A stretch of DNA of 64,000 bases from Capsulimonadaceae bacterium (GTDB lineage Bacteria; Armatimonadota; Armatimonadia; Armatimonadales; Capsulimonadaceae): the NCBI GenBank assembly GCA_965215505.1, contig OZ244065.1, positions 3,136,001-3,200,000 of the forward strand, given 5' to 3'. The translations under genes and the position numbers were made by a program. How positions within the stretch are numbered: the first letter of the stretch is position 1; each line of letters begins with the position of its first letter. Of this stretch, positions 41,654 through 52,161 are shown in pieces. The notes beneath the pieces were generated by a model. It did no database searches. It was given only the letters and a program-made list of their open reading frames with translations, and had not been told where the DNA came from.

Positions 41654-44242
41654 ATGCACTATCGCCCCATGCTCCGGCCTTCGTTCCAGCCCTTTTTCCT
41701 GCTCGCCCTGCTGCTGCTCGCGCCGCTCCGCGCCCCCGCCCAGGCTGTCCCCGCGCCTCAGCCCGCCGCGCCGTCCGTGGCCGGGCGGGAGCAGGTCGCG
41801 CTCGACGGCCCCTGGCGCTTCGCGGGCGAGCCACGGGGGACGCACTTCGAGAAGCCCGGCTTCGACGACCACGCCTGGTCGGCCGTCGCCGTCCCGCACA
41901 CCTGGGACTCCAGGACTTCCGTGCGGACGCACAAGGCGGCCTGGTATCGCACCCACTTCACGCTGGGCGAGGCGGACCGGGGCCGGGAGATCTTCCTGTA
42001 CTTTGAGGGGGCGGCGACCGTCGCCGACGTCACCCTGAACGGGGTCCACCTGGGGCAGCACCGGGGGGCCTTCACGCGGTTCGTCTTCGACGGGACGCGG
42101 GCCGCGACTTTCGGGGGCGACAACGTGCTGGCGGTGCGCTGCGACACGGACCCCAAGGACACATCCGACTGCCTGCCCGCCGGCAACGGCTACCAGCTCT
42201 ACCACGTCTACGGTGGCCTGTACCGCCGCGTCTGGCTCCTGAAGACCGCGCCGGTCCACATTGACCCGACCGACTACGCCGCCTCGGGCCTCTATCTGAC
42301 CCCGCAGGTGGCGGACGGCGGGGACGGCGCGATGACCGTCCGGACCCTGGTCCGCAACGACAGCGCCGCCCCGCAGACGGTGACGGTCGCCGGCACGGTC
42401 CGGGACGCCGAGGGACGGACCGTCGCGGCGACGAGCGAGACGCTGACGCTGGCCCCGAACTCCAGCGCGGCCAGCGTCCAATCGGCACACGTCCCCGCTG
42501 CGCACTTGTGGAGCCCCGCCGACCCGTACCTGTACCGCGTCACGGCCGAAACATCGGTGGACGGGCGGCCGACCGACGCGGTGACGGAGCGGGCCGGCTT
42601 CCGGTCCTTCCGGATGACGACGGCCGGCTTCTTCCTGAACGGCGCGCGGACCGACCTGCGGGGCGTCGCCAAGCACCAGGAGACCGAGGAACACGCCTCC
42701 GCCGTCACCGAGGAGGACCTGCGGCGCGACTGGGACGACCTGCACGAGCTGGGGGTGAACTTCGTCCGGCTGGCCCACTACCCCCACGCCGCCCTGGAGT
42801 ACGACCTGGCCGACGAGAAGGGCATCGTCGTCTGGGCCGAGAACGGCCACTCCAACGCCGCCGCGCCGACCGAAACCGGCGACACGATCACGCGCGAGAT
42901 GGTCCGCCAGAACTACAACCACCCGAGCATTTGCTTTTGGAGCGTCGGCAACGAGGCACTCAGCAAGGCTTCGGACATCACGACGCTGGAACACTACGCC
43001 GCCACCGTCCGCGCGCAGGACACGACCCGGCTGGTCACTTACGCCAGCAACACGACGTTCCACACCGACCCCGCCCTGGACTTCGTCGCCGTCAACCGCT
43101 ACCTCGGTTGGTACGGCGGGGCCATCGCGGCCTTCGACGCCCACGCGGCCTACTACCACTGGATTTCGGAAACGGGCGCGGGCGGGGTGGTGTCCACCCA
43201 CACGAACGCCGCCGTCCCGACCCACGGCGTCAACGTCTATGAGCCGGAGGAGTACCAGCAGGAGCTGGCCGAGTCGCGCTGTCAGACCGTCTTCCGGACT
43301 CTGGCGGATCAGGTGCCGCTGTTCACCTGGTGGACCTTCCGGGACTTCGCCGACCCGCGCTACAAGGGGGTGAACGCCAAGGGCCTGGAAACCTACGGCG
43401 CGTTCCACAAGGACGTCTACTCGCTGTTCCAGTGCTTCCTGAAGCCGCAGACGCCGGTCGTCCACCTGTGCGGAAAGCCCTGGTTCCTGCGCCGGCGCGA
43501 CTCACCCTTCGACGCCCTGGGCGTCAAGGCCTATGCCAACGTCCCCGCGCTCACCCTGACGGTCAACGGCGTGTCGGTCGGCACGGTGCGTAACGGCGGC
43601 TACCTCCTGGCGAACGGAACGCGGGCGGACAACGTCTTCTTCTGGGAGGCGGCCCTGCGGCGGGGCCGCAACGAGCTGACCGTGGACGACGGGGCCGGGC
43701 ACTCCGACAGCGCGGTAGTCTACGCCGAGGGCGGCGAGGAGACGGGCCTGGTCAGGAACCTCACGTCCAGCAATCTGGACAACCCCGCCTACTTCATCGG
43801 CACCCCGGTCCAGGCCGAGTGGCCAGTCTATGACGACTTTGATGGGACGGGCGACAACACCTTCCACGACATCCCGCCCGCCCTCCTGGGGGCGCAGTGG
43901 ATCACGATGGGCCGGCCCAGCAAGCCCGAGAACCGGACCGCCCTCGACTTCCGGATCGCCCCCGAGGCCGGGGCCACGGACGTCTTCCTCCTGTTCTCTC
44001 CGCCTGGCACCGCCGACGCTGCGCCCAAGGCTCTTAAATCCAAGACGCCGCCTGCTCCCCCTTCCATGCCCCCGGACTTCCTCTCGGGCTTCGCCGACAC
44101 CGGAGTTCGCGGGACCTGGCGCGACAATTCGTTGAACCTGGTCCCCTACGCCCTCTACCGCCGCACCGTCGGCGGCGGCGAGGCGGTCCACATCCCTGGC
44201 GCGACCCTGGGTTATGTCGTGCTGGTCAAGCCCCACTCATGA
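41654..44242 (+). CDS. GH2 beta-galactosidase-like glycoside hydrolase
   Basis: LYFEGA, YGGLYR, NFVRLAHYPH, NHPSICFWSVGNE, ISETGA. Signal peptide. Confidence 0.9.
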   Translation: MHYRPMLRPSFQPFFLLALLLLAPLRAPAQAVPAPQPAAPSVAGREQVALDGPWRFAGEPRGTHFEKPGFDDHAWSAVAVPHTWDSRTSVRTHKAAWYRTHFTLGEADRGREIFLYFEGAATVADVTLNGVHLGQHRGAFTRFVFDGTRAATFGGDNVLAVRCDTDPKDTSDCLPAGNGYQLYHVYGGLYRRVWLLKTAPVHIDPTDYAASGLYLTPQVADGGDGAMTVRTLVRNDSAAPQTVTVAGTVRDAEGRTVAATSETLTLAPNSSAASVQSAHVPAAHLWSPADPYLYRVTAETSVDGRPTDAVTERAGFRSFRMTTAGFFLNGARTDLRGVAKHQETEEHASAVTEEDLRRDWDDLHELGVNFVRLAHYPHAALEYDLADEKGIVVWAENGHSNAAAPTETGDTITREMVRQNYNHPSICFWSVGNEALSKASDITTLEHYAATVRAQDTTRLVTYASNTTFHTDPALDFVAVNRYLGWYGGAIAAFDAHAAYYHWISETGAGGVVSTHTNAAVPTHGVNVYEPEEYQQELAESRCQTVFRTLADQVPLFTWWTFRDFADPRYKGVNAKGLETYGAFHKDVYSLFQCFLKPQTPVVHLCGKPWFLRRRDSPFDALGVKAYANVPALTLTVNGVSVGTVRNGGYLLANGTRADNVFFWEAALRRGRNELTVDDGAGHSDSAVVYAEGGEETGLVRNLTSSNLDNPAYFIGTPVQAEWPVYDDFDGTGDNTFHDIPPALLGAQWITMGRPSKPENRTALDFRIAPEAGATDVFLLFSPPGTADAAPKALKSKTPPAPPSMPPDFLSGFADTGVRGTWRDNSLNLVPYALYRRTVGGGEAVHIPGATLGYVVLVKPHS

Positions 44243-44280
44243 GGCCCTGCTCCGGCGCTTTTTGACCGCGCCGGGCCGTT

Positions 44281-44296
44281 TGGCATGAATCATGCA
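44281..44296 (+). promoter_or_regulatory. sigma54-type promoter for the acyltransferase
   Basis: TGGCATGAATCATGCA (GG-N10-GC), 40 bp upstream of the start. Confidence 0.6.
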
Positions 44297-44335
44297 GAGA
44301 AGTCTCTCGGAATACGTTTCCGAAAGGAATAAACA

Positions 44336-45412
44336 TTGTCCGTTCCCACGCAACCCGTGCCCGCCGCCCGCACGCCCGCGCCCGCGCTCCACATCAACTT
44401 CCTCGACGGCCTGCGCGGACTCGCCGCCCTCTACGTCGTGTTCGTCCACTTCCTCGACATGGACCGCGACGGACTCGCCCACTGGCAGCTGCGACTCGCC
44501 TCGCTCGCCCAGGCCGGGCACAGCTCCGTCACCCTCTTCATCGTCCTGTCCGGATTCAGCCTCATGCTCCCCGTCGCACGCGCCGCCGACGGCACCCTCA
44601 AGGGCGGGACGGCGGGCTTCCTGAAACGCCGCGCCCGCCGCATCCTCCCCCCCTACTACGCCGCCCTCGCCCTGTCCCTGCTGGGCCTCCTCCTCACCCC
44701 GGCGGGCCTGGCCTTCCTGCGCGGGGCGCGCGACCCGCTCTTCCTGGCCGAACTCTCCGCCCCCGCCATCCTCACGCACCTCCTGCTGCTCCACAACCTG
44801 AGCTTCGCCTGGGGCCACAAGATCAATCTGGCCCTGTGGAGCGTGGCGACCGAGTGGCAGATCTACTTCGTGCTGCCCTTCGTCCTGCTGCCCGTCTGGC
44901 GGCGCCTCGGCCCCTGGGCCATGGCCGCGGCGGGGGCTGGGCGTGCCGTTCGCGCTGGGCGCTCATCGCTGGTACCGTCGTTCGCTGGGGGCGGCGGGGG
45001 CCGCTGGTGGCGCGCTGGCCGAGGCGCCGCTGAGGCCCGGCCTGCGCCGCGCCGCCCTGCTTCCCGTCCTCTATCCCCGAGTTCGTCGCGATCTGGTACA
45101 ACGGGGTCGGGACTACCTCCTCGTTCGCGCTGGGGGCGGCTGGGGGCCGTCTGGGACGCTCGGCGCCTTCTCCTACAGCCTCTACCTCACCCACTGCGTC
45201 GTCCTCAGCCAGGCCGACGGCTGGATCGCCGCCCGCCACGTCGGGCCGCAGGAGGGCTTCGTCCTCAAGGCCGCCCTCGGCATCCCGCTCGCCGTCGCCT
45301 GCGCCTGTTCCACCTCGCCTGCGAGAAGCCCTTCATGGTCACCAGCCCCAGCCGCAACACACGCCTCCTCGCCGAAGCACCCGAAACGAACGCACAACCC
45401 CAGAGGTCATAG
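44336..45412 (+). pseudogene. frameshifted duplicate of acyltransferase-3 (or assembly artefact)
   Basis: Near-identical to 45433 onward for ~600 bp, then multiple deletions. Identity resumes near 45155-45392 out of frame. Confidence 0.7.
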
Positions 45413-45432
45413 GGTCATAGAGAGGAAAAACA

Positions 45433-46689
45433 TTGTCCGTTCCCACGCAACCCGTGCCCGCCGCCCGCACGCCCGCGCCCGCGCTCCACATCAACTTCCT
45501 CGACGGCCTGCGCGGACTCGCCGCCCTCTACGTCGTGTTCTTCCACTTCCTCGACATGGACCGCGACGGACTCGCCCACTGGCAGCTGCGACTCGCCTCG
45601 CTCGCCCAGGCCGGGCACAGCTCCGTCACCCTCTTCATCGTCCTGTCCGGATTCAGCCTCATGCTCCCCGTCGCACGCGCCGCCGACGGCACCCTCAAGG
45701 GCGGGACGGCGGGCTTCCTGAAACGCCGCGCCCGCCGCATCCTCCCCCCCTACTACGCCGCCCTCGCCCTGTCCCTGCTGGGCCTCCTCCTCACCCCGGC
45801 GGGCCTGGCCTTCCTGCGCGGGGCGCGCGACCCGCTCTTCCTGGCCGAACTCTCCGCCCCCGCCATCCTCACGCACCTCCTGCTGCTCCACAACCTGGGC
45901 ACGGCCTGGGGCCACAAGATCAACCAGGCCCTGTGGAGCGTGGCGACCGAGTGGCAGATCTACTTCGTGCTGCCCTTCGTCCTGCTGCCCGTCTGGCGGC
46001 GCCTCGGCCCCTGGGCCATGGCCGCGGCGGGCCTGGCCCTGGGCGTCGCGCCGGTCGTGCTGGTGGCCGTGAACTTCCCGCTCATCCCCGAGGCGATCTG
46101 GTACATCGGGTCGTTCGCGCTGGGGGCGGCGGGGGCCGTCTGGGCCTGGCGCGGGCTGGCCGAGGCGCCGCTGAGGCCCGGCCTGCGCCGCGCCGCCCTG
46201 CTCGGGCTGGCGGGGGGCGCCGTCCTCTACGTCCTCGCCAGCAAATACGTCGCCCCGCCGCACACCCTGGTCGTGGACGCCGGCCGCAGCTACCTCAACG
46301 GGGTCCTGAAGGACTACCTCCTGAGCGCGATGATCGCCTGCGTCCTCGTCTACGGCACCCTCGCCCGCGACCTGGCCGCCTCCTGGCGCTTCGCCGCCTT
46401 CCGCCTCCTGGAGACGCGCCCCCTGCGGACGCTCGGCGCCTTCTCCTACAGCCTCTACCTCACCCACTGCGTCGTCCTCAGCCAGGCCGACGGCTGGATC
46501 GCCGCCCGCCACGTCGGGCCGCAGGAGGGCTTCGTCCTCAAGGCCGCCCTCGGCATCCCGCTCGCCGTCGCCTGCGCCTACCTGTTCCACCTCGCCTGCG
46601 AGAAGCCCTTCATGGTCACCAGCCCCAGCCGCAACACACGCCTCCTCGCCGAAGCACCCGAAACGAACGCCCCGGCCGCGCCGGCATGA
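45433..46689 (+). CDS. acyltransferase-3 (OafA-like)
   Basis: LDGLRGLAALYVV..H, FIVLSGF, RRARRILPPYY, WSVATEWQIY, SYSLYLTH, EKPF. Confidence 0.9.
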   Translation: MSVPTQPVPAARTPAPALHINFLDGLRGLAALYVVFFHFLDMDRDGLAHWQLRLASLAQAGHSSVTLFIVLSGFSLMLPVARAADGTLKGGTAGFLKRRARRILPPYYAALALSLLGLLLTPAGLAFLRGARDPLFLAELSAPAILTHLLLLHNLGTAWGHKINQALWSVATEWQIYFVLPFVLLPVWRRLGPWAMAAAGLALGVAPVVLVAVNFPLIPEAIWYIGSFALGAAGAVWAWRGLAEAPLRPGLRRAALLGLAGGAVLYVLASKYVAPPHTLVVDAGRSYLNGVLKDYLLSAMIACVLVYGTLARDLAASWRFAAFRLLETRPLRTLGAFSYSLYLTHCVVLSQADGWIAARHVGPQEGFVLKAALGIPLAVACAYLFHLACEKPFMVTSPSRNTRLLAEAPETNAPAAPA

Positions 46690-46727
46690 CACGCTCATGC
46701 CGCATGACAGGCGGCATGGGCAAGACT

Positions 46728-46807
46728 GTAGGGGCGCTGCATGCAGCGCCCCCTTCCCCTACCGCGTCTCTCCTCCTGGCCCCGTAGGGGCGCGATTCAT
46801 CGGCCCC
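46728..46807 (+). repeat. two GTAG-type REP-like palindromes
   Basis: GTAGGGGCGCTGCATGCAGCGCCCC at 46728 and GTAGGGGCGCGATTCATCGGCCCC at 46784. Confidence 0.65.
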
Positions 46808-46886
46808 TCTTTCCTTCTCCTTGCCCTTCCCCCTTGGAGACAGCGACCACGCCCCGCCATCCACGCCGGTCAGACATCCACGCCGG

Positions 46887-49466
46887 TCAGAGCTTGCGCT
46901 TGGGCGCAGGTGGTCGTTTCCGCCTTCTCACAGCCGGTGGCGGCGTCTCCCCCGCACGCTCCGAGGCCGGGCGCAGGCTCGCCACGACCGCCTCCACGAT
47001 GGGCCGCATCTCCGGCGTCAGCTTCTCGATCAGCGCCTCGTCGCCGGTGGCGAGGTAATCCAGGGCGCGGGCGAGGGGAAAGAACTGGCCTTCGGTGTTG
47101 GAATTGGCGATCAACTCCCGCACGAGAGGCCCGTGTCCCCGTTGGGCTACGGTCAGGAGTTGTCGAGAAGCGTAGGCCACCCACTTATCCTGTTGCCCTC
47201 CCGCTTTGGCTGCTGCGTACCAGTCCTCTGCCGCAAGTGCTGGCCGTCCGAGAGCCATTTCTGACTCGAACTTAGAGAGATGAATGCGAGCCTTGGAGTT
47301 CATGTCCTGTTCGGCCACAGCCATCAACGCCCGGCTATAACTCGTCACCGCCGCCTCATGCCGGCCTAATTCGTCCATCACGATGCCCCGGTCGTGCCAG
47401 ACGGTAGCTTCTTGCGGGTCCAACGCCAGCGCCTGGTCGTAGCTCGCCAGGGCCTCCTCGTCCCGACCTGAGCGGCGCAAAGCAATGCCTTTGTTGTGCC
47501 AGGCGTGTGCATTCCTCTCGTCTAGCGCCAGCGCCCGGTCGTAGCTCGCCAAGGCTTCCTCAATCCTATTCAGGTGGTCTAAGGCAACGCCTCGGCCTTC
47601 CCAAAATCTTGACTCCTGCGGGTCCAAATTCAGTGCCCGATCGTAGCTTGCCAAAGCCTCCTCAAGCCGGCCGGATCGCCCCAGCGCATTGCCCCGATTG
47701 TACCAAGCTCTCGGTTCCTGCGGGTTCAAGCCCAACACCCTATCATAGCTCACCACTGCTTCATCATGCCAGCCGAACTCGTCCAACACGACGCCCCGAT
47801 TGTACCAGGCGCTCGCCTTCTGTGGGTCCAGCGCCAGCGCCCGGTCGAAGTTCGCTAACGCTTGCTCGAGATTGCTTTGTGCCTCAATTCTCAGCAGTGA
47901 CGTGGCAATCGCAAGAGGCAGGGCAGCCTCAGCTTTCGCTGTGATTTGTGATGCATGGGAAGCGACGTGCGTAGCCTGAGCATGGGCCGCCCGTTCAGCC
48001 GTAAGGCACCCCACCGTCACAAGCTGATCCAGCGTTTCGGGGGAAAGATTTTGCAGTTGGTCGTCGGTCAGCCCAAACTCTTTCAGCGCGCCGATGTCCC
48101 TAAGCGTGAGATAGCCCTGGATGACGCTCTCCATTGCCGGGGCTGAATAGGAACGGTCGGGCATGGCTTCGACCAGCCAGCGGCGATATTTCAGTGCGCC
48201 GCGTGCCTCGTGAACTTGCCCTGCCGACAGCAGGGTTTGAAAACGATCTCCCTGAAAACGGCTCTCCTCGCCTAGCTCTTCCGCCGTGTAAAAGCCTTGG
48301 AGGAAGTCCACCAGCCAGGCCATGCGCTGGCGGGCATCGCGGCCAAAGCGCATCTGATACCACAGGGAATACAGCGGCTCGGAGAGGGTGTAGGAGGCGC
48401 TGCGGCCCCGCAGGTTGGCGCTCTGGACGTAGCCCGCGTCGGCCAGGCGCTTGAGCTGGGCGCTGACGAGCTGGGGGGTCAGGCGCACCGCCGAGGCGAT
48501 CTCGGACGGGGACGCGCCTTCCCGGCTCTGGCCACCCGTGCGGGCGATGTGGTCCAGAATCTTGCGCTGCTGGGGGGGCAGGTCTTCGGTCTTGGCCTTG
48601 TAGAAAGGCGTGACCTGGTCCAGCAGCTTGTCTAGGCCCTGCCGCACTTCCAGCAGGGCGGACTGAGCTACCACTCGGTACAGCATTAGGACCAGGCGGA
48701 CGTTGCCGCCGGTGAAGTATTCCAAGGCGCGCAGGCGGAACGTGTTGGCGTCCAGGTTCTTCTCGAAGTCTGTCAGCCCGTCGGCGGCGGCGCGCTGGAG
48801 CAGGAGGGCGCGCATGTCGTCGAAGGTCAGGCGCTCCAGGCTTTCGACTTTGAAGAAGTTATACAGCGGCTCGTCGTAATTGCTGGCCTCCTTGAAGAAC
48901 GACGGGGCCGCGCCGAGGATCATCAGGAACCCCTCGTTCATCAGGACGTTGCGGAGGGCGGCGGCCTGCTGCTCGTCGAGCGCGGCGAGAATCTGGTGGA
49001 AGTTGTCTACCAGCAGCAGCAGACGCCGCCCGTGCGTCCGGCACCACTCGCGCAGCAGGGTCAGGGCGGCTTCCTGGAGCGTGTCGCCGTCCGGATAACG
49101 GGCCTTGATCTGTTGCGTCTTCTCGGTCAGGGACGGGTCCCCGGCGGCGTGGGACAGTTCGGCCAGCGTTTCCAGCCAGAAGTCGGCAAGGTCGGTGACG
49201 CCATAGAGTTCTTCGGGGAACCGGAGCGCCAGCCACGGCGGGTCCAAGCCCTGGTCCGTGGCGGCGAACTGCACCATCAGCAGCATCGTCGTCTTGCCCA
49301 TGCCGCGCGGGGCCACCAGGACGACGTGCTGCACCCCCGCCCCGTCCGGCTGCCGCCGGACCAGGGCGACCAGCCGGTCCAAGAGCGCCTGTCGGGCAAC
49401 GAAGGTCGCCTTGATCTCCTGCTCGGACATCTGATCCGGATTGTACAGGTGTTCCATCTCAGGCAC
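46887..49466 (-). CDS. STAND-like P-loop ATPase + winged helix + TPR repeats
   Basis: Walker A APRGMGKT, Walker B LLVDNF, FTGGNVRL, SPSEIA...VSAQLKRL, then ~6 TPRs (AWYNRG..L...EEALASYDRAL). Confidence 0.85.
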   Translation of the reverse strand: MPEMEHLYNPDQMSEQEIKATFVARQALLDRLVALVRRQPDGAGVQHVVLVAPRGMGKTTMLLMVQFAATDQGLDPPWLALRFPEELYGVTDLADFWLETLAELSHAAGDPSLTEKTQQIKARYPDGDTLQEAALTLLREWCRTHGRRLLLLVDNFHQILAALDEQQAAALRNVLMNEGFLMILGAAPSFFKEASNYDEPLYNFFKVESLERLTFDDMRALLLQRAAADGLTDFEKNLDANTFRLRALEYFTGGNVRLVLMLYRVVAQSALLEVRQGLDKLLDQVTPFYKAKTEDLPPQQRKILDHIARTGGQSREGASPSEIASAVRLTPQLVSAQLKRLADAGYVQSANLRGRSASYTLSEPLYSLWYQMRFGRDARQRMAWLVDFLQGFYTAEELGEESRFQGDRFQTLLSAGQVHEARGALKYRRWLVEAMPDRSYSAPAMESVIQGYLTLRDIGALKEFGLTDDQLQNLSPETLDQLVTVGCLTAERAAHAQATHVASHASQITAKAEAALPLAIATSLLRIEAQSNLEQALANFDRALALDPQKASAWYNRGVVLDEFGWHDEAVVSYDRVLGLNPQEPRAWYNRGNALGRSGRLEEALASYDRALNLDPQESRFWEGRGVALDHLNRIEEALASYDRALALDERNAHAWHNKGIALRRSGRDEEALASYDQALALDPQEATVWHDRGIVMDELGRHEAAVTSYSRALMAVAEQDMNSKARIHLSKFESEMALGRPALAAEDWYAAAKAGGQQDKWVAYASRQLLTVAQRGHGPLVRELIANSNTEGQFFPLARALDYLATGDEALIEKLTPEMRPIVEAVVASLRPASERAGETPPPAVRRRKRPPAPKRKL

Positions 49467-50670
49467 CCTCTAGCGCATAGTGGCGCAGCCACCAGTCCCG
49501 CAGCAGCTTGCAGGCGAACTCGTAGCGCCCCGCCTCAGCGTCATAGCGGATGTAGAAGTCGTTTTCGAGGTTGTTGATGGTGGTATTAAAGGCATCAGCC
49601 CCGACCGACTCGCCGCCCAGAGCCTCCAGGTACAGGGCAAAGCACGCATCGCGAGTCATCGCGCCGACCCGCGCAAGTTCGCGCAGGAGACGCTTGACGG
49701 CCTTCTCCTCCTGGGGAGTGTAGTAGTCACGCAGGCGGCCGTAGTAGTGGTCGAAGTAGCTCTTGCAGTCAACACCCAACACTTTTTCGCGGTAGATGCG
49801 GGCGATCATGTCCGGCGTGACGGGTTCGCCGGTAAGTAGGTAGGCTTTGGAAACCTCGGAGAACAGGATTTGCAGGAAGTAGGGGACCAGGATGCCGACC
49901 AGTTCCAGAATCTTCTCCCGGCACTCCGCCGAAAGCGGAACCTGCTCGGTTTCGGCCAGCGCCTGGAGGAATCGGTCGGCCACGGCGGGCGGGAACGGGT
50001 CGAGTTTGAGCGATTGGAAGTCGTTGATCGCCTTGATCTCGCCCAGCTCGGTCAGGACCGCCTCGATGCCGATGGAGCCGGCGATCAGGAACCGCACGCT
50101 GCCTAGCTCCGGCGACTGGCGCAGCGCCCGCAGCCAGTTCAGCAGTACGCGCGCCTCCTCCCGCTTCTCGGGCGTCCGCGCCATCCGGTCGATCATCATC
50201 GGGAACTCGTCCAGGATGAATAGCACCGGATGCCCCGCCGAGCCGACCCGGCGGAACACCTGCCGCCCGACCTCCTGCCACTGGGGCCTCATCTGCTCCC
50301 GCAGCTTCAGCTTGACGTCGAACATCTCGACTTCATCCAATGTGCCTCGCAGACCGCTCCACACCTCTTTAGTGATAGATGTGACCCCATCGAGCAGCCG
50401 CCCCATCTTGTCGTCCTTGGACAGCTTGACTACCAGTTCCAGCATCAGGTCCGCCGGGTCCGACAGGTGTTCCAGGTCCGCATGGACGATCTTGTAGCCA
50501 CCGCGCGGTGCGTCCATCAGCCGATACATCACGCTGGTCTTGCCGAAGCGGCGCGGGGCGGCCAGAAGCACGCTCCCTTTTGCCAGCTCTCGCCAGGTCA
50601 GGTCTACGAACGAGTCCCGCCCGAAGAAGTTGTCTCCTCGGACTGCCGAGCCGACGATGTTGTTCACCAT
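49459..50670 (-). CDS. STAND/AAA-like ATPase
   Basis: GGAGG RBS. NFFGR, APRRFGKTS, FILDEFP, LIAGS, VPYFLQ, F.CKLLRDWW. Confidence 0.85.
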   Translation of the reverse strand: MVNNIVGSAVRGDNFFGRDSFVDLTWRELAKGSVLLAAPRRFGKTSVMYRLMDAPRGGYKIVHADLEHLSDPADLMLELVVKLSKDDKMGRLLDGVTSITKEVWSGLRGTLDEVEMFDVKLKLREQMRPQWQEVGRQVFRRVGSAGHPVLFILDEFPMMIDRMARTPEKREEARVLLNWLRALRQSPELGSVRFLIAGSIGIEAVLTELGEIKAINDFQSLKLDPFPPAVADRFLQALAETEQVPLSAECREKILELVGILVPYFLQILFSEVSKAYLLTGEPVTPDMIARIYREKVLGVDCKSYFDHYYGRLRDYYTPQEEKAVKRLLRELARVGAMTRDACFALYLEALGGESVGADAFNTTINNLENDFYIRYDAEAGRYEFACKLLRDWWLRHYALEGA

Positions 50671-50778
50671 TCTTTGCCTCCATGACGGCATTGATATACG
50701 ACAAATTAGTTATACAACAAAAACGCTTTATATGTCAAGTGCTTGCACGAATTCTCACGCGAAGCATCGGTTCACTTC

Positions 50779-50839
50779 AGGGTAGGGACAAGCCCTACCC
50801 TTACGGGTCCGATGTAGGGGCGGGGCTTGTCCCCGCCCT
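50779..50839. repeat. inverted pair of GTAG-type REP-like palindromes
   Basis: AGGGTAGGGACAAGCCCTACCCTTAC followed by GTAGGGGCGGGGCTTGTCCCCGCCCT. Confidence 0.65.
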
Positions 50840-50976
50840 CCTGTCTACTAACCCGTCTAAATCCGGGCTGTGCTGGTTGAGGGGGTCTGATGGGGAGAAG
50901 GCTCAAGGGGGGCGAGAGCAGACAATCATTAAGGCGATGATCGGAAACCAGAAGCAGCACCCGTGTTCAACATCAC

Positions 50977-51810
50977 TTACGACGCGGTGATGTAGACCGC
51001 GCGGACCGAGTCCTGGCCCGGCGCGGTGATCTCCAGATAGTAGGTGGCGTCGTTCTCCAGGTCGTAGCCGTCCTTGCGCTGCACGCGCCAGGCGTTCGCG
51101 CCCGAGCCGGAGACGGTGATGTTCTGCTCCTCGTTGCCGGGCGTGTCGGTCCCGCGCGCCTCCTTGTAGCGGTGCAGCGAGACGGTGAACTGCGCCGGGG
51201 GCGGGAAGGCCGCGCTCCAGGACAGCACGAAGGCGGAGTTCTTGGGGATGTTGACCGCGCCGGGGGAAGGGTTGATGGTCAGGCCGGACAGGCTGCCGCC
51301 CGCGCCCGTACCGACCGTCTGCGTACTCTGGTTGTCCGCGACCGTCGGCCCGCCGTCCGCGATGAAGGCGGCCTGCTGGGTGTCGCCCGCGCCCGAGTGC
51401 AGGTCCAGGAAGTAGACGCCGCCGGTGTCAAGCTGGAAGCCGTCTGAGCGCGCGACGTTGTAGACGAAACCTGCCCCCTGCTGGGACACGGTGACGTTCT
51501 GGGTGCCGGTGTCCTTGGACTCGCCGCCGCGCGGCTCCTGGTAGCGGTGCAGCAGGACGCCGAAGGTGGCGGGCGGGGGCGCGGCGGCGCTCCAGGAGAG
51601 CTGGAAGGTGGCTGCGGGGCTGATGAAGGCCGACCCGGTGCGCGGGCCGATCTGCACGTCCTGGAGCCGGCCCATGGCCCCGGTGCTGATGTCCGAGGAG
51701 CCGTGGCTCCCGCCCCCGCCCCCGCCGCACCCGGTCAGGGCGAGGCTGCCCAGACTGAGGCAGGTCAGGCCGAAGAGATACGGCACTAGGGATACTTTTT
51801 TCGGCATCAT
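50977..51810 (-). CDS. lipoprotein with two homologous beta domains
   Basis: Lipobox LTGC-GGGG. F.LSWSAA.PPPA.F.V.LHRY.E.RG...QN.TVS occurs twice. Confidence 0.78.
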   Translation of the reverse strand: MMPKKVSLVPYLFGLTCLSLGSLALTGCGGGGGGSHGSSDISTGAMGRLQDVQIGPRTGSAFISPAATFQLSWSAAAPPPATFGVLLHRYQEPRGGESKDTGTQNVTVSQQGAGFVYNVARSDGFQLDTGGVYFLDLHSGAGDTQQAAFIADGGPTVADNQSTQTVGTGAGGSLSGLTINPSPGAVNIPKNSAFVLSWSAAFPPPAQFTVSLHRYKEARGTDTPGNEEQNITVSGSGANAWRVQRKDGYDLENDATYYLEITAPGQDSVRAVYITAS

Positions 51811-51824
51811 CTGCTCCCCGCGTG

Positions 51825-52076
51825 TCACGCGGCCGTGCGGGTGTCCGCGGGTCCCCAGAAGAAGCGGGCGGCGATGAAGCAGCAGACCGCGAGGGCCAGG
51901 GCCAGGATGCCGTGCTTGGTGTGGTGTGTCATCGCCTCCGCCGTGCCCGCCGCCGCGTGGCCGGGCAGGAATCCGGGCAATGCCTGGGCGGACTGGGTGA
52001 AGTACAGCCCGGCGGCGACGATGAAGAGCAGGCCGACGAGGACGGCGAGGCCGGTGGTGAGTTGTTTTGTCTGCAA
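51825..52076 (-). CDS. small two-TM membrane protein
   Basis: Two hydrophobic helices, ALPGFLPG...HHTKHG. Confidence 0.65.
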   Translation of the reverse strand: MQTKQLTTGLAVLVGLLFIVAAGLYFTQSAQALPGFLPGHAAAGTAEAMTHHTKHGILALALAVCCFIAARFFWGPADTRTAA

Positions 52077-52161
52077 GTTGTGAGGGTTCCTTATACGGGA
52101 TTGGGGCAGGCCCCGCCTAATGTTCGCCCCCCGACACGCGCTTTCCTGCCGCCCTTCGCGC

